Shown: positions 48,790-59,057, numbered from the stretch's first letter. The stretch is DNA of 64,000 nucleotides from Candidatus Geothermarchaeota archaeon (GCA_015523605.1 WAKC01000043.1:47339-111338), one strand, 5' to 3'. Program-made: numbers and translations. Notes: generated by a model from the letters alone, not told the origin.

Positions 48790-49732
48790 TTATCCATATC
48801 TTGAGATTATTTAATAGTCCTAGATTCTCTAGATATCTACATGTCCTACATATCTCCTGTGAAGTGGGTTCACCACATATCCTACATGAGTTTATCCTAG
48901 GAGGCTCCTTAGACCCGTATCTCTCTAATGTTGCAAGTAGACTATTTAGGATTTTATATTTAATTCCTGGATTTTCTTCCTCGAGTTGGTTTATAAAGCT
49001 TCTAATGTCATTCCTGAATGCCTCGGGGGCATATGGGCATTCTATAAACCTCGGATATAAACCGTTTATAATCGCGTATAGGGTTGTCTCCATTTCCAAA
49101 ACTTCATAGAATGGCTTGACTCTATGTATGAATTTTATGTGGGAGGCGCTCTCCGTTCTTGGATGGAGATGTAATATCCTCTCGATACTGTTAGTGAAGA
49201 TATTTAGTAGGTAGGTCTGTATAATATCGTCTAGGTTATGGGCTGTTGCAAGAACGTCACCACCGATAACCCGTGCACCTAGGTTTAAGAGGTATCTCCT
49301 GAATACACCACAATATGAACATGCGTATGTAGGTAACCCCTTCTCTCTAGAGAGTTTTAATATATCGTCTAGTGAAAGTCCAAAGACATCCTCATATGAT
49401 ATAAGCCTATATTCAGCGTTTATCCTTTTATTGACCTCTTTAAAATCCTCTATTGTAATATCTCTATACCCCTTTATACCCTCGTCAATAAGTAGAGCGG
49501 TTACTCTAATCCCTAGCCTCTCCCTATATTTATTAAGAATATATAAGAGTGATAACGAGTCTTTTCCACCAGAAACAGCTATAACTACATGTTCACCTCT
49601 CCTCAATAATTTATATTTTGAAATTGTCTCTAAGGTTTTATCCTCAAAGTATTTGGTAAAATGTTTAGAGCAGTATACCTTCCCCAAGTATTTGTATACA
49701 GGTTCTTCACCACATTCCATGCATCTATCCAT
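48770..49732 (-). CDS. tRNA 2-thiolation PP-loop ATPase (TtuA/NcsA family)
   Basis: PP-loop VAVSGGKDSLSLLY. N-terminal zinc finger CMECGEE...CSKH, central CSYCGVFRR and C-terminal CRICGE..CRTC. Start placed at Met-28, whose codon lies 1 nt from the stop of the upstream Gly-Gly carrier gene. Confidence 0.75.
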   Translation of the reverse strand: MDRCMECGEEPVYKYLGKVYCSKHFTKYFEDKTLETISKYKLLRRGEHVVIAVSGGKDSLSLLYILNKYRERLGIRVTALLIDEGIKGYRDITIEDFKEVNKRINAEYRLISYEDVFGLSLDDILKLSREKGLPTYACSYCGVFRRYLLNLGARVIGGDVLATAHNLDDIIQTYLLNIFTNSIERILHLHPRTESASHIKFIHRVKPFYEVLEMETTLYAIINGLYPRFIECPYAPEAFRNDIRSFINQLEEENPGIKYKILNSLLATLERYGSKEPPRINSCRICGEPTSQEICRTCRYLENLGLLNNLKIWINEVGQL

Positions 49733-49733
49733 A

Positions 49734-49937
49734 TTATCCACCGGATACGACTGGAACAAGCTTGACGTTAACCACCTTGAATATTTTATAGTCCCAGGTA
49801 ACGATCTTATCATCTACCACTGGGATATACTCGTTTTTCCTAAGACCAAGTTTCTCTGCCAGTTCTTCCAAAGTTATTCCTCTATATACTTCAACCAATC
49901 TCTTCTCTCTCCCCAAGACTTCAACCTGTATCTTCAT
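49734..49937 (-). CDS. ThiS/MoaD-like ubiquitin-fold sulfur carrier ending in Gly-Gly (TtuB/SAMP-like)
   Basis: 67 aa, C-terminus VVSGG-stop. Immediately upstream of the TtuA-like gene. Confidence 0.6.
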   Translation of the reverse strand: MKIQVEVLGREKRLVEVYRGITLEELAEKLGLRKNEYIPVVDDKIVTWDYKIFKVVNVKLVPVVSGG

Positions 49938-50068
49938 CTATATCCAATTAATATTGTGTAGACACAGCCTATTCAAATATGGCATAAGTAAATATCGGTT
50001 TACACCTGTAAAAACTAGGTTTACATTTTCTTAGTAAGTATATCATAATATTATGGGGTATATGGGGT

Positions 50069-51046
50069 ATGAGAGTGGTTGATACGGTATCTCTAGGAGG
50101 ACTTAAAATATCTAGGATTGGGTTAGGTGCTTGGCAAGCCGGTTTTAGGAGTTGGGGATCTGGATATACAAGGGAAGATGTCATATCAGCATATAGATAT
50201 GCCTTTGAATATGGCGTTAACTTTATAGATACAGCTGAGATATATGGAAACGGTGTTTCAGAGGAGATTGTAGGTGAAGCTATAAAGGGTTATGACGTTG
50301 TCGTTGCGACTAAGGTTGCCGGTTTCCATACGTCTGAGCATAGGATTTTCAAGAGTGCTGAGATGAGTAGGCGTAGACTGGGTGTAGATGTTATAGACCT
50401 TTATCAACTTCATTGGCCTCCCTCAATCTATACATCCCTATGTAGGGTTATGAGGAGTCTCGAGAAGCTGGTTGATAGAGGTATTATAAGATATATCGGT
50501 GTTAGTAATTTCGATGGTGAACTTCTCAAGAAGGCTATGGAATGTATGTCTAAATATGAGATTGTATCTAATCAGGTTCAATATAGCCTTGTATACCGGG
50601 CTATTGAGAGGAATGGTCTGGATTTTATGAAAGAGAATAATATATCTATGATAGCTTATAGCCCCTTGGGTAAGGGTGTTTTAGCTGGGAAACGGGTGGT
50701 TGATAATAGGGCTAGGAGGTTTGACTATGTATTCCAGAAGGCTGCCAAGGATGAGGAACTCCTTAGGTCTTTGAAGGATATCTCTGAGAGGTATGGTGTC
50801 TCCTTGGCATCTATAGCTCTTAGATGGATTGTTGAGAAGGGTGGTGTTCCAATTCCTGGTGTTAAGAAGCGTAGTCATGTCGATGCTATCTTGGATGCGC
50901 TTGATATCAATTTGAATAGGGAGGATGTTGAGTTGCTTGATAGGGTCTCAATGAAATATGTGGATATGCCGTTTTCAGCTGTTGTCTCTAGGTTAGTTCC
51001 AGGTTTCTTTGTTAAGCTTGTTATCTCATTCATGAGGGGTGTATAG
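50069..51046 (+). CDS. aldo/keto reductase
   Basis: Motifs FIDTAEIYGNG and IGVSNF. Confidence 0.8.
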   Translation: MRVVDTVSLGGLKISRIGLGAWQAGFRSWGSGYTREDVISAYRYAFEYGVNFIDTAEIYGNGVSEEIVGEAIKGYDVVVATKVAGFHTSEHRIFKSAEMSRRRLGVDVIDLYQLHWPPSIYTSLCRVMRSLEKLVDRGIIRYIGVSNFDGELLKKAMECMSKYEIVSNQVQYSLVYRAIERNGLDFMKENNISMIAYSPLGKGVLAGKRVVDNRARRFDYVFQKAAKDEELLRSLKDISERYGVSLASIALRWIVEKGGVPIPGVKKRSHVDAILDALDINLNREDVELLDRVSMKYVDMPFSAVVSRLVPGFFVKLVISFMRGV

Positions 51047-51469
51047 ATGGTGAAGTATCTAGTAGATTATACGGTGTTTGGAACGGTATTAACTGGTTTA
51101 GAGGGTTATATGGACGCCTTTAGATGGGTTAACGAGAATGTGGGTGAGATAGCTACATTAGATACCGTTTACATCGATACTGTAGAGTATTCCTATGGAT
51201 TATTACAGAGAGATTTTATAGAGTTTGGAGAGGTGTTTCTCAGACTATCTAATGTCCTTAGGAGTCTAGTCGACTCTACAGTCTCTGAGTTTATATGTTA
51301 CAAAGATTATGTTGAGGAGGCTATGAAGATTTCTAGTGAAAATGATTTGAGCCCCCGTCTATCACTCTATTTAGTTGCTGCTAGGGAAAATGGTTTGAAA
51401 CTTGTTACGATGGATGAATCTCTCTCTAGATTTAATGATGTAATTGTTTTAGAGGTAAGTGACAAGTAG
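51047..51469 (+). CDS. PIN-domain-like protein
   Basis: N-terminal YLVDYTVF (acidic residue at position 7) and C-terminal LVAARENGLKLVTMDESL, resembling the PIN LVT.D signature. Weak. Confidence 0.3.
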   Translation: MVKYLVDYTVFGTVLTGLEGYMDAFRWVNENVGEIATLDTVYIDTVEYSYGLLQRDFIEFGEVFLRLSNVLRSLVDSTVSEFICYKDYVEEAMKISSENDLSPRLSLYLVAARENGLKLVTMDESLSRFNDVIVLEVSDK

Positions 51470-52171
51470 ATGGTTAGAATCAAATTATATACGTCTAAAC
51501 TATATCCTATAAAGATTTTGGAAAGGCTGAACAGATTTGTAGTGAAGGCTGAGCTGGATGGAGAGATAGTCCTCTGCCATAATACAAATACTGGTAGGTT
51601 ACATGATTATCTAGTCGCGGGTAAGATGGGCCTTGCGATTCCAATAGAGGGTAGTAGACTACGTTATAGAGTTGTAGGCATATTAGATGGAGATGGATAT
51701 TCCCTTATAGATACCTATTCCCAGGCCCTTGTATTTGAGAAGCTAATTGATATGGGTATCATTCCATGGATAAAGGATTGTATAATTATATCTAGACATC
51801 CGAAGATTCTAAATAGTAAATTGGATTATCTCTTGAGATGTGGAGATAAAGAACTTTATGTAGAGGTTAAAAGTGCTGTATTGAGAAATGGGGAGGCAGC
51901 TTCATACCCTGACTGTCCAACCGAGAGGGGCAGACGCCACATTAGAGATATTATGAATCTTTTTGAGATGGGTAATAATGTGATGTTGATATTCTTAGCT
52001 GCGTTACCTAATGTGAAGTGTTTTACACCGTATAGGGAGGGTGACGAAGTGGTTTATGAGCTTGTCTTTAAAGCATATGAACTTGGTGTTCCAATCAAGA
52101 GCTTGGCATTCTATCTTCTTGAAGATGGATCAGTAGATGTATATAATCTTGATCTACCTCTGTGTAAATAG
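51470..52171 (+). CDS. sfsA: sugar fermentation stimulation protein homolog
   Basis: N-terminal ...ILERLNRFVVKAELDGEIVLCHNTNTGRL matches the SfsA family pattern. Confidence 0.7.
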   Translation: MVRIKLYTSKLYPIKILERLNRFVVKAELDGEIVLCHNTNTGRLHDYLVAGKMGLAIPIEGSRLRYRVVGILDGDGYSLIDTYSQALVFEKLIDMGIIPWIKDCIIISRHPKILNSKLDYLLRCGDKELYVEVKSAVLRNGEAASYPDCPTERGRRHIRDIMNLFEMGNNVMLIFLAALPNVKCFTPYREGDEVVYELVFKAYELGVPIKSLAFYLLEDGSVDVYNLDLPLCK

Positions 52172-53113
52172 GGCTCCAGTTTGAATTTCCATTTTCCTTA
52201 AATCATTGAGGCTGTCTATTAATTCCTTAATAAGATTTGATTTAACCCTATACCCTATTCTATATACTTCAGATGGTCTGGGTGGTTTATGGGGGTAGAT
52301 GAATCCTCTGAGAAAGCCTAGAGAACCATGATACGGGAGTATCTTCCAGAGTCTTTTAGGGCTATTTATTCTTATTGTTAAAGGGTCTTCAAAACCTAAT
52401 TCCTTCGAGAACACTCTAGTTATGATCCCTATATCACGGTAGAAGAAGGTAAGATTAATGGGGATATCCTTGTTTATGTCTTTCTCTTCTAGATACTCTA
52501 CAAACTCATAGATGTCTTTAATGGGTGTATACCCCGTAACTATGTTTGTCTCTATCGTAATCCCTCTCTTAGCCAGTTGATACATTTGTATCCATTCTGG
52601 ATGATATGGGTATTTTCCTACTAGAAGCCCTGGTCTAAGAATGGTTATACTATATCCATTTCTTGTCAGTCTCTCCAAAAGTTTTTCACCATAGATTTTG
52701 CTCTCGATATATCCACTAAGCACGATACCCGGGTTATATGCGGAGATGTGGATATACCTACCTCTAAACAGGTTTTCCCTATAAATTTTTGAAGCTATGT
52801 GGAAGGAGAGTCTCCCATGTACGTATTTCATTTCATCTGTTGAACCTCTATTAATACCTGCTAGGTAATAGATGAGTCTGGGCCGTCCAAACCTATTTAT
52901 AGCGTTTAAAACTGTATTCGGCGTTAATTCATCATCTATATAGAATCTAGCTCCCAGTCTTCTCAGTCTTTGGAATAGTGTCCAACGTCTTATAATGCTT
53001 TTCTTTCGAGATATAATTAGAACATTTTCTCCATTGCCAATATAGTTATAGGCTAGGTTGTAACCCAGATAGCCGACTCCTGCCAAGAGGATTATGTAAC
53101 CCCTATAATCCAT
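52154..53113 (-). CDS. NAD-dependent epimerase/dehydratase (extended SDR)
   Basis: Rossmann LAGVGYLG and the catalytic YIESK (YxxxK). Confidence 0.5.
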   Translation of the reverse strand: MDYRGYIILLAGVGYLGYNLAYNYIGNGENVLIISRKKSIIRRWTLFQRLRRLGARFYIDDELTPNTVLNAINRFGRPRLIYYLAGINRGSTDEMKYVHGRLSFHIASKIYRENLFRGRYIHISAYNPGIVLSGYIESKIYGEKLLERLTRNGYSITILRPGLLVGKYPYHPEWIQMYQLAKRGITIETNIVTGYTPIKDIYEFVEYLEEKDINKDIPINLTFFYRDIGIITRVFSKELGFEDPLTIRINSPKRLWKILPYHGSLGFLRGFIYPHKPPRPSEVYRIGYRVKSNLIKELIDSLNDLRKMEIQTGALFTQR

Positions 53114-53122
53114 AATAAAAAA

Positions 53123-54634
53123 TTATGGTGAGAGGAATTTATTCCTAAGATATTCAATATAATAGCTCGGGTTTATCCCTTCTCCGGTTGCTTTTCTAAT
53201 GAGTTCCTCTGGCTTATACATACCTCCATACCGGTGTATCTTCTCTTTAAGGAATTCCTGAATATCTGTAAATCTCTTCTCTAAAATCAAGTTCGATATC
53301 TTGCCCAGCTCCTTCTCCAGTACTCTACTTATCTGTGCAGATAATATATTCCCAAGTGTATATGTCGGGAAGTAACCCATGAGTCCAATGCTCCAGTGAA
53401 TGTCTTGGAGTATCCCCTCACTATCCTTCTTAGGCCTTATACCTAGGAATTCCTCCATCATGTTGTTCCATGTTTCCGGTGCGTCATCCACCGTGAGTTC
53501 TCCGTTTATGAACATATGCTCCATCCTGAATCTTAGGATAATATGGAAGTCATAGGTCAACTGGTCTGAATCCACTCTTATAAAGGTTGGCCTAACGATG
53601 TTGAAATATTTATAAAGTTCTTCCTCGTCATACTTGGCTGTAAAGTCCAAATGCTTGTCAAGGATGGGCTTTAAGATACTGGTGAACTCCCTTGATCTAC
53701 CAATTATATTTTCCCAGAATCTGCTTTGACTTTCGTGTATACCTAGGCTCGCCCCTCCCTCTAGAGGTGTATATTTAAAGTTTGGATCTATCTGAAGGTC
53801 ATATAACGCATGTCCATATTCATGTAGTACTGAGTATAAGGTTCGTCTAAAGTCATACCCCTCATACCTTGTTGTTATTCTTACATCGTCTAGACTTATC
53901 CCCGTGGTGAATGGATGTGCTGATACGTCGAGCCTAGCCCTCTCCCATGGATAGTTTAACAGGTCTAAAACCTCTTTATTCACCTTCTTCATAGCCTCAA
54001 TATCATATTTAACGTCTTCAAGGGTATGCTTGGAGGGGAAGAGCTCTTCATTATAGACCTTCTCAAATATAGGCTTTACTTGTGACGCTACTTGGTCTAG
54101 AATGGACTTTGCCTTCCTATATGTTAAACCCTCTTCAAATAAGTCTAGAAGGGCGTCATACCTATCTTCTTCATATCCGAGATACTCTGCAGCTTTACGA
54201 GAGAGATTTATATTTCTCTCGAGATATGGCTTGAAAATATTGAAGTCAGACTTGTACCTTGCTTGTACCCAATGCACTCTAGCTTCTTCACGGGCTATCG
54301 CCATCTCCCTGATTAGGTCTTCGGGCAGCGCCCTATATATCTTTACAGCTCTATCTAAAACCCTTACTACGCCCCTCTCATATTCGTTAAGATCATCCAT
54401 CATATCCTTTGCCTTATCAAGTTTAGCTAAGAAGTTTTCATCAAGAAGTAATTTCCTCGATAGTACACTCAATTCGGATGAGGCCGTACCCCTATCCATA
54501 TATGCCTGTTTCGGCATATATGTCTCAGAGTCCCAGCCCATGAGACTTGACGCATGACCCAGTGCCCATATAACCCTGTAATGCTCAAGAATCTCTTTTA
54601 TCGTCTCATTTTGAAATATATCCGTGGATGACAT
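53123..54634 (-). CDS. M32 carboxypeptidase (carboxypeptidase Taq family)
   Basis: HEYGHALY zinc motif, about 500 aa, and the conserved M32 layout. Confidence 0.8.
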   Translation of the reverse strand: MSSTDIFQNETIKEILEHYRVIWALGHASSLMGWDSETYMPKQAYMDRGTASSELSVLSRKLLLDENFLAKLDKAKDMMDDLNEYERGVVRVLDRAVKIYRALPEDLIREMAIAREEARVHWVQARYKSDFNIFKPYLERNINLSRKAAEYLGYEEDRYDALLDLFEEGLTYRKAKSILDQVASQVKPIFEKVYNEELFPSKHTLEDVKYDIEAMKKVNKEVLDLLNYPWERARLDVSAHPFTTGISLDDVRITTRYEGYDFRRTLYSVLHEYGHALYDLQIDPNFKYTPLEGGASLGIHESQSRFWENIIGRSREFTSILKPILDKHLDFTAKYDEEELYKYFNIVRPTFIRVDSDQLTYDFHIILRFRMEHMFINGELTVDDAPETWNNMMEEFLGIRPKKDSEGILQDIHWSIGLMGYFPTYTLGNILSAQISRVLEKELGKISNLILEKRFTDIQEFLKEKIHRYGGMYKPEELIRKATGEGINPSYYIEYLRNKFLSP

Positions 54635-54679
54635 CTTAAAACAACAATAGACTATAAATAACTTATAAATATGGATTTA

Positions 54680-55747
54680 TCAAACTTGGATATACTTCTC
54701 CAGCTCCTCAAATACTATATCAACATGTTCATCATACTCCGCTAGGATTTCAGAGGTATCTATATGAAATCTATCAGGCTCCTTCATAACCATTCTAGCT
54801 TCATCAAGTATCCTATCAAAATCTCTGATATATTTAACTGGGAATCCCTCGCCCATGAGATATTTTAGAATATCGTCTCTAAAATGGTAAGATACTGTGG
54901 GTACACCTAGTAATGCTGCTTCTCTAGCCATTGTCCCCCCTGAAGCGATTACCATATCTGATGCCGCTAACAATTCAACTGCATATACAGGTTTATCGAG
55001 GATGATTAGATTCTTTATCCCTTCAAATCTCTTCCTCTCATCTCCATACCGAGGTATTAACACTATCTTAGCATATTCAGCCAGCTTTTTCACCAAATCT
55101 TTTAGATCATATTTCACTCCATAACTGTAACTTGCGTAGTACTCCATTGTTCTGATAACCATAAGTCGATCTGGAACCTCACCTAGATATTTTTTTAAAA
55201 CCTTTTCTTTGTCGACTTTCAGATGTTCTTTTACCCAAGTCACTTCCTCCGTCCCTTTATATTGGATTATCCTATCCTCCTCCAAGCCTCTGGAAACCCA
55301 TTTACATTTCGGTATTGCCTCTGGAGATATTAGGACCGTGGCCAACGGAATAGTGAGTCTAACTACAGGCTCATTGTGTGGAGTATCATTTGAATATACT
55401 ATAGGTATTCCTAGGTGGTACGCTGTTCTTACTCCAGCTACATTTCCATGTGTCCATAATACACTAGGTTTTCCATTCTCAATTATATAGTCAAGCATCC
55501 TCCTCTCTTGCTCTAGTGTAGCCATATACTTCTCCTCTAATGTGTATCCATATCGGCCTGTGATTACATGTTCAATACCAAAATAATTTAGCAATGGTAT
55601 TGTTTGGGTAGAGTGTCTGGCGAAGACCACATAATCCAAACCTTTCCTATCAAGTTTCTTGATTATATAATTTATAATTATCGAGTCTTTTGGTGTAGCC
55701 GCATCCAATGCAACGTAACTCATTGATGAAATTAAATATGGTCTCAA
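54680..55747 (-). CDS. hypothetical GT-B-like / DUF354-like protein
   Basis: Two-Rossmann-like layout. No catalytic motif recognised. Confidence 0.3.
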   Translation of the reverse strand: MRPYLISSMSYVALDAATPKDSIIINYIIKKLDRKGLDYVVFARHSTQTIPLLNYFGIEHVITGRYGYTLEEKYMATLEQERRMLDYIIENGKPSVLWTHGNVAGVRTAYHLGIPIVYSNDTPHNEPVVRLTIPLATVLISPEAIPKCKWVSRGLEEDRIIQYKGTEEVTWVKEHLKVDKEKVLKKYLGEVPDRLMVIRTMEYYASYSYGVKYDLKDLVKKLAEYAKIVLIPRYGDERKRFEGIKNLIILDKPVYAVELLAASDMVIASGGTMAREAALLGVPTVSYHFRDDILKYLMGEGFPVKYIRDFDRILDEARMVMKEPDRFHIDTSEILAEYDEHVDIVFEELEKYIQV

Positions 55748-55854
55748 TATTAATGAATGTAAGTATATTTCGTGAGATTTTCTTACTAAGGACTATAATA
55801 TATTATATCGTGTATGTAATTATATTATTATCTCTTGTTGGAGGTGCCTTGTGA

Positions 55855-56196
55855 ATGCCTACATTAAGCACTGGACTTGTTATAGCGGGTGCGTATGCCG
55901 ATAAACTCAGGAGGACTCTTTTTGCACAGCTAAGGAACGATGTCAAGGAGGGTAAAGTATCTAATCAGGAGGTTGCCCGTGCAGCCGCTGAGATGAACCA
56001 GCTATTATTTCATATACTGGTTGAGGACCTTAAGATGGAGAAGGGGGATGCTGTTAGGGTTAGAGTTGACTACAGTGTGGAAGATGGGACGATAAAGTGG
56101 AACTTATCTACATTGACGGTTGAAGCTTTTAAGAGGATGAATGACGACGAGGTCCAGAATATAGTTAAGAAGCGCGTTGAAGAGTTTTCTAAGTAG
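55855..56196 (+). CDS. hypothetical protein
   Basis: 113-aa ORF. No motif. Confidence 0.35.
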   Translation: MPTLSTGLVIAGAYADKLRRTLFAQLRNDVKEGKVSNQEVARAAAEMNQLLFHILVEDLKMEKGDAVRVRVDYSVEDGTIKWNLSTLTVEAFKRMNDDEVQNIVKKRVEEFSK

Positions 56197-56461
56197 TCTC
56201 TTCATCCCTCTCTTTATATTTTATTTTTGCTATTGCTCCATCGTCTAACTCCTTAATCTCTATTATCTCGGACTTTAGGCTATGCTCTTCAAGGATATAT
56301 ATTATATCCTCTATCCAATCGTAATATCCACATGTCTCGCAGAAGCTACCTCTAAATTCTAATGTCACTACGTCCTTATCTATAGATATGAGTTTAGCCT
56401 CAGCTTCGACACCTCTATATCTATTATACTCCTCCAGAGCTTTCCTAATCTTTTTCATCAT
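56189..56461 (-). CDS. small CxxC protein coupled to ferritin-VIT gene
   Basis: GSFCETCGYYDW. 4-nt overlap with the upstream gene. Confidence 0.35.
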   Translation of the reverse strand: MMKKIRKALEEYNRYRGVEAEAKLISIDKDVVTLEFRGSFCETCGYYDWIEDIIYILEEHSLKSEIIEIKELDDGAIAKIKYKERDEETT

Positions 56462-57372
56462 ACCTCTATATTGAAGTATAGCCTAATGAAGTATCCAATT
56501 GAGAATGATATGAACGCTACACCCATCGTTAATACCAGCATCTCCATAAACTCTCTCTTCCATGTTATTTCTCTTACTACTGATGTATAGAAGGTCAGGG
56601 CGGCTATAATTAGACTGGCTATTATTAGACTTGATGCAAGGCTTAGGTATATATTTAATCCTAGGAAGAATGGCATTACAATTAGAAGTACTGTTATGAT
56701 GTAGGCCATTCCAGTGTATAACGCCCCTTTAACTGCATTAACATCTCCTTCGCTCCTTTTTGAGAGGTATTCGGATACAGCCATAGACATTGAGGCGGCT
56801 ATACCGGTTATTAAGGCTGCTAATCCGACGATCAACGTGTTATATAAAGCTAGGCTCAATCCTGTTAGTGCACCTGTTAATTCGATAAGTGCATCTGATA
56901 GTCCTAAGACTATAGAACCTATAAATTGAAGTCTCTCATCGGTTAGTAGGGATAGGAGTTTATCTTCATGTTCAAACTCATCTTTTAGTATCTCTTTTGC
57001 TATCTCTACTTTTTCAGCTGCTTTTTTATATCTCTCTTCAGCCTTCCTCTCCCCCCTTTCCATAAGCTTCAATGAAAAAACAAGTCCAAATATTCTATAC
57101 ATTAGTTTATAGAATCGGATTTTATTCCAGTCTGGTTCTACATCTCTACCCGTTATCTCTTTCCATGTGTTGTAATGTCTTAGTTCATCCTCACTTATCT
57201 TTTGAAGAACTTCTCTATTTCTACCTTCCTCTTTTTCAGCTAGATATCTATATATGTGATACTCGGTAATCTCATCTCTTTGGAAATTTTCTAGGTCTTT
57301 CATTAATTGAGAGTCTATATTCATCTCGGCACTCAAATAATATATTTTATGGTTTGATGAAATATATCCCAA
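56458..57372 (-). CDS. ferritin-like/rubrerythrin-like domain fused to VIT1/CCC1 iron transporter membrane domain
   Basis: N-terminal diiron-like E..H repeats (EITEYH, DELRHY). The C-terminal half is 5 TM helices with VIT1-like Gly/Ala-rich segments. Confidence 0.65.
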   Translation of the reverse strand: MGYISSNHKIYYLSAEMNIDSQLMKDLENFQRDEITEYHIYRYLAEKEEGRNREVLQKISEDELRHYNTWKEITGRDVEPDWNKIRFYKLMYRIFGLVFSLKLMERGERKAEERYKKAAEKVEIAKEILKDEFEHEDKLLSLLTDERLQFIGSIVLGLSDALIELTGALTGLSLALYNTLIVGLAALITGIAASMSMAVSEYLSKRSEGDVNAVKGALYTGMAYIITVLLIVMPFFLGLNIYLSLASSLIIASLIIAALTFYTSVVREITWKREFMEMLVLTMGVAFISFSIGYFIRLYFNIEV

Positions 57373-57402
57373 TGAATATACATTTTTGGATGGTGTATAC
57401 CA

Positions 57403-58170
57403 ATGTCGACCTATAACTTTATCGAGGTTTTTGATAGAGATGGTGTAAGATGGATTGTGTTTAACAGGCCTGAGAAGTTGAATGCCTTTAACCGTGGACT
57501 TATGGAGGAGGTAATAAGTGCCTTGGGAGATGGAGACTTTTGGGCTGTTGTTTTTACAGGAAAGGGTAAAGTGTTCTCAGCAGGCATCGACTTGGGCGAG
57601 CTGGCCAGCTCTAAAGACTCTCTGGAGAGTGGAGGCTTATTTGAAAAATTGGCTGAAATGGTCAATGCCATTCTAATGCTTGATAAACCAGTGGTTATCG
57701 CTTTGAATGGATCTGCATATGGAGGTGGAGCTGAGTTTCTATGGCTGGGAGATTTTGTCATAGCCCCGAGAGATGTTAAGATTGGTTGGCCTGAGGCTAG
57801 ATGGGGGCTTATCCCACCGTTTCTACCTGCATTGGGTAAATATACCCTTGGTTTGATGAGGAGTCAATACCTAGCATATACATCAGGAAGTATAACTGCA
57901 GAAGAGGCATACAAAAATGGTTTAATAACCGTTTTAGTCGACTCTGTTAATGATCTTGAAAAGACTGTAGAGAATATCCTAAATAGCTTGATGAGTAACT
58001 CTCCAGAGGCGTTCAAGAGTCTCAAGAATTATTTTAGAAGGATAAAGATGGATGTATTAGCCATGTATGGAGTCTCTGAGCTTGTTAGGCTGGGTAGAGA
58101 TTACAGAGTTGTCGAGAGGGCGAAAGCGTTTATAGAAGCTAAGAAATATCCCAGTTACGAATGGGGTTGA
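57403..58170 (+). CDS. enoyl-CoA hydratase/isomerase (crotonase family)
   Basis: Oxyanion-hole region FSAGIDL and GGGAEF. Confidence 0.75.
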   Translation: MSTYNFIEVFDRDGVRWIVFNRPEKLNAFNRGLMEEVISALGDGDFWAVVFTGKGKVFSAGIDLGELASSKDSLESGGLFEKLAEMVNAILMLDKPVVIALNGSAYGGGAEFLWLGDFVIAPRDVKIGWPEARWGLIPPFLPALGKYTLGLMRSQYLAYTSGSITAEEAYKNGLITVLVDSVNDLEKTVENILNSLMSNSPEAFKSLKNYFRRIKMDVLAMYGVSELVRLGRDYRVVERAKAFIEAKKYPSYEWG

Positions 58171-58718
58171 CGAACAGCCTTTAGAAGATACCTAAACCTC
58201 CCCATTTTTACAATGTCAATCCTTGAGTCTTGAAATATTTCTTCAATTTTTTTCTTTAGATCCATAGATTTGTAGAAATTGCCTGGAAATCCGAGGAGTA
58301 ACTCGAGATACTTTATAAACTTACCTGTTAGAGTACCAAGTTCTATCTCAAATATCATAATTTTTTTAGACGCTATTGAAGCTATATTACTTAATGTTTT
58401 ATTAACATCTCTAAAGTGGTGTAGTGCATCATGTATAATAATATTCTCGAATGACCCCCTCCTAAAAACAAGTTCTTCTGCAGCTGCTTGCACCCTATCA
58501 ATCTCGGGATCTCCATATGTCAACATTATATAGTCTATGTCTTGAACCACGTAGTACGGTTTTTCTTTTATGTAGAGATAGAGGTAGCCTGGGCCCCCAC
58601 CCACGTCGAGAGTGTCTCCCTCAACTTCCTCCAGGAATTTTATCGTTTCCTTATATAGAAGGGGGTGTCTACCAGGTCTTCTTCTATAAATTATTCTTAG
58701 AAGGTGTTGCCCAATCAT
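58155..58718 (-). CDS. class I SAM-dependent methyltransferase
   Basis: Motif I LDVGGGPG. Confidence 0.55.
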   Translation of the reverse strand: MIGQHLLRIIYRRRPGRHPLLYKETIKFLEEVEGDTLDVGGGPGYLYLYIKEKPYYVVQDIDYIMLTYGDPEIDRVQAAAEELVFRRGSFENIIIHDALHHFRDVNKTLSNIASIASKKIMIFEIELGTLTGKFIKYLELLLGFPGNFYKSMDLKKKIEEIFQDSRIDIVKMGRFRYLLKAVRQPHS

Positions 58719-58793
58719 TATGGTCTTCCATAATTAAGGAATTGTATTGTATATATAACTTTGAATAATCATGTATACCCATAAACTATTTAG

Positions 58794-59057
58794 GTGGTAT
58801 TTAATATGAAGGTGAGGGTTAAGTATCTAGCGGCTATAGCCGACTATACAGGGGTCTTAGAAGAAGATGTCGAAGTTGAAAATGGTTCTACCCTTAAGGA
58901 TCTCCTAAATAGGATTAGGGAGATGCATCCCGATCTAAAGAAGTTTGAGGAGCGGTTTACAATACTCGTACTTGTAAATGGTGTGAATAGGGGGTTGGAC
59001 TATAAATTGGGGGATGGCGATCGGGTGGCTTTGTTACCTCCTGTATCTGGTGGTTAA
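58794..59057 (+). CDS. moaD: molybdopterin synthase sulfur carrier subunit (MoaD, C-terminal Gly-Gly)
   Basis: Ubiquitin-like fold ending PPVSGG-stop. Immediately followed by moaE. Confidence 0.65.
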   Translation: MVFNMKVRVKYLAAIADYTGVLEEDVEVENGSTLKDLLNRIREMHPDLKKFEERFTILVLVNGVNRGLDYKLGDGDRVALLPPVSGG

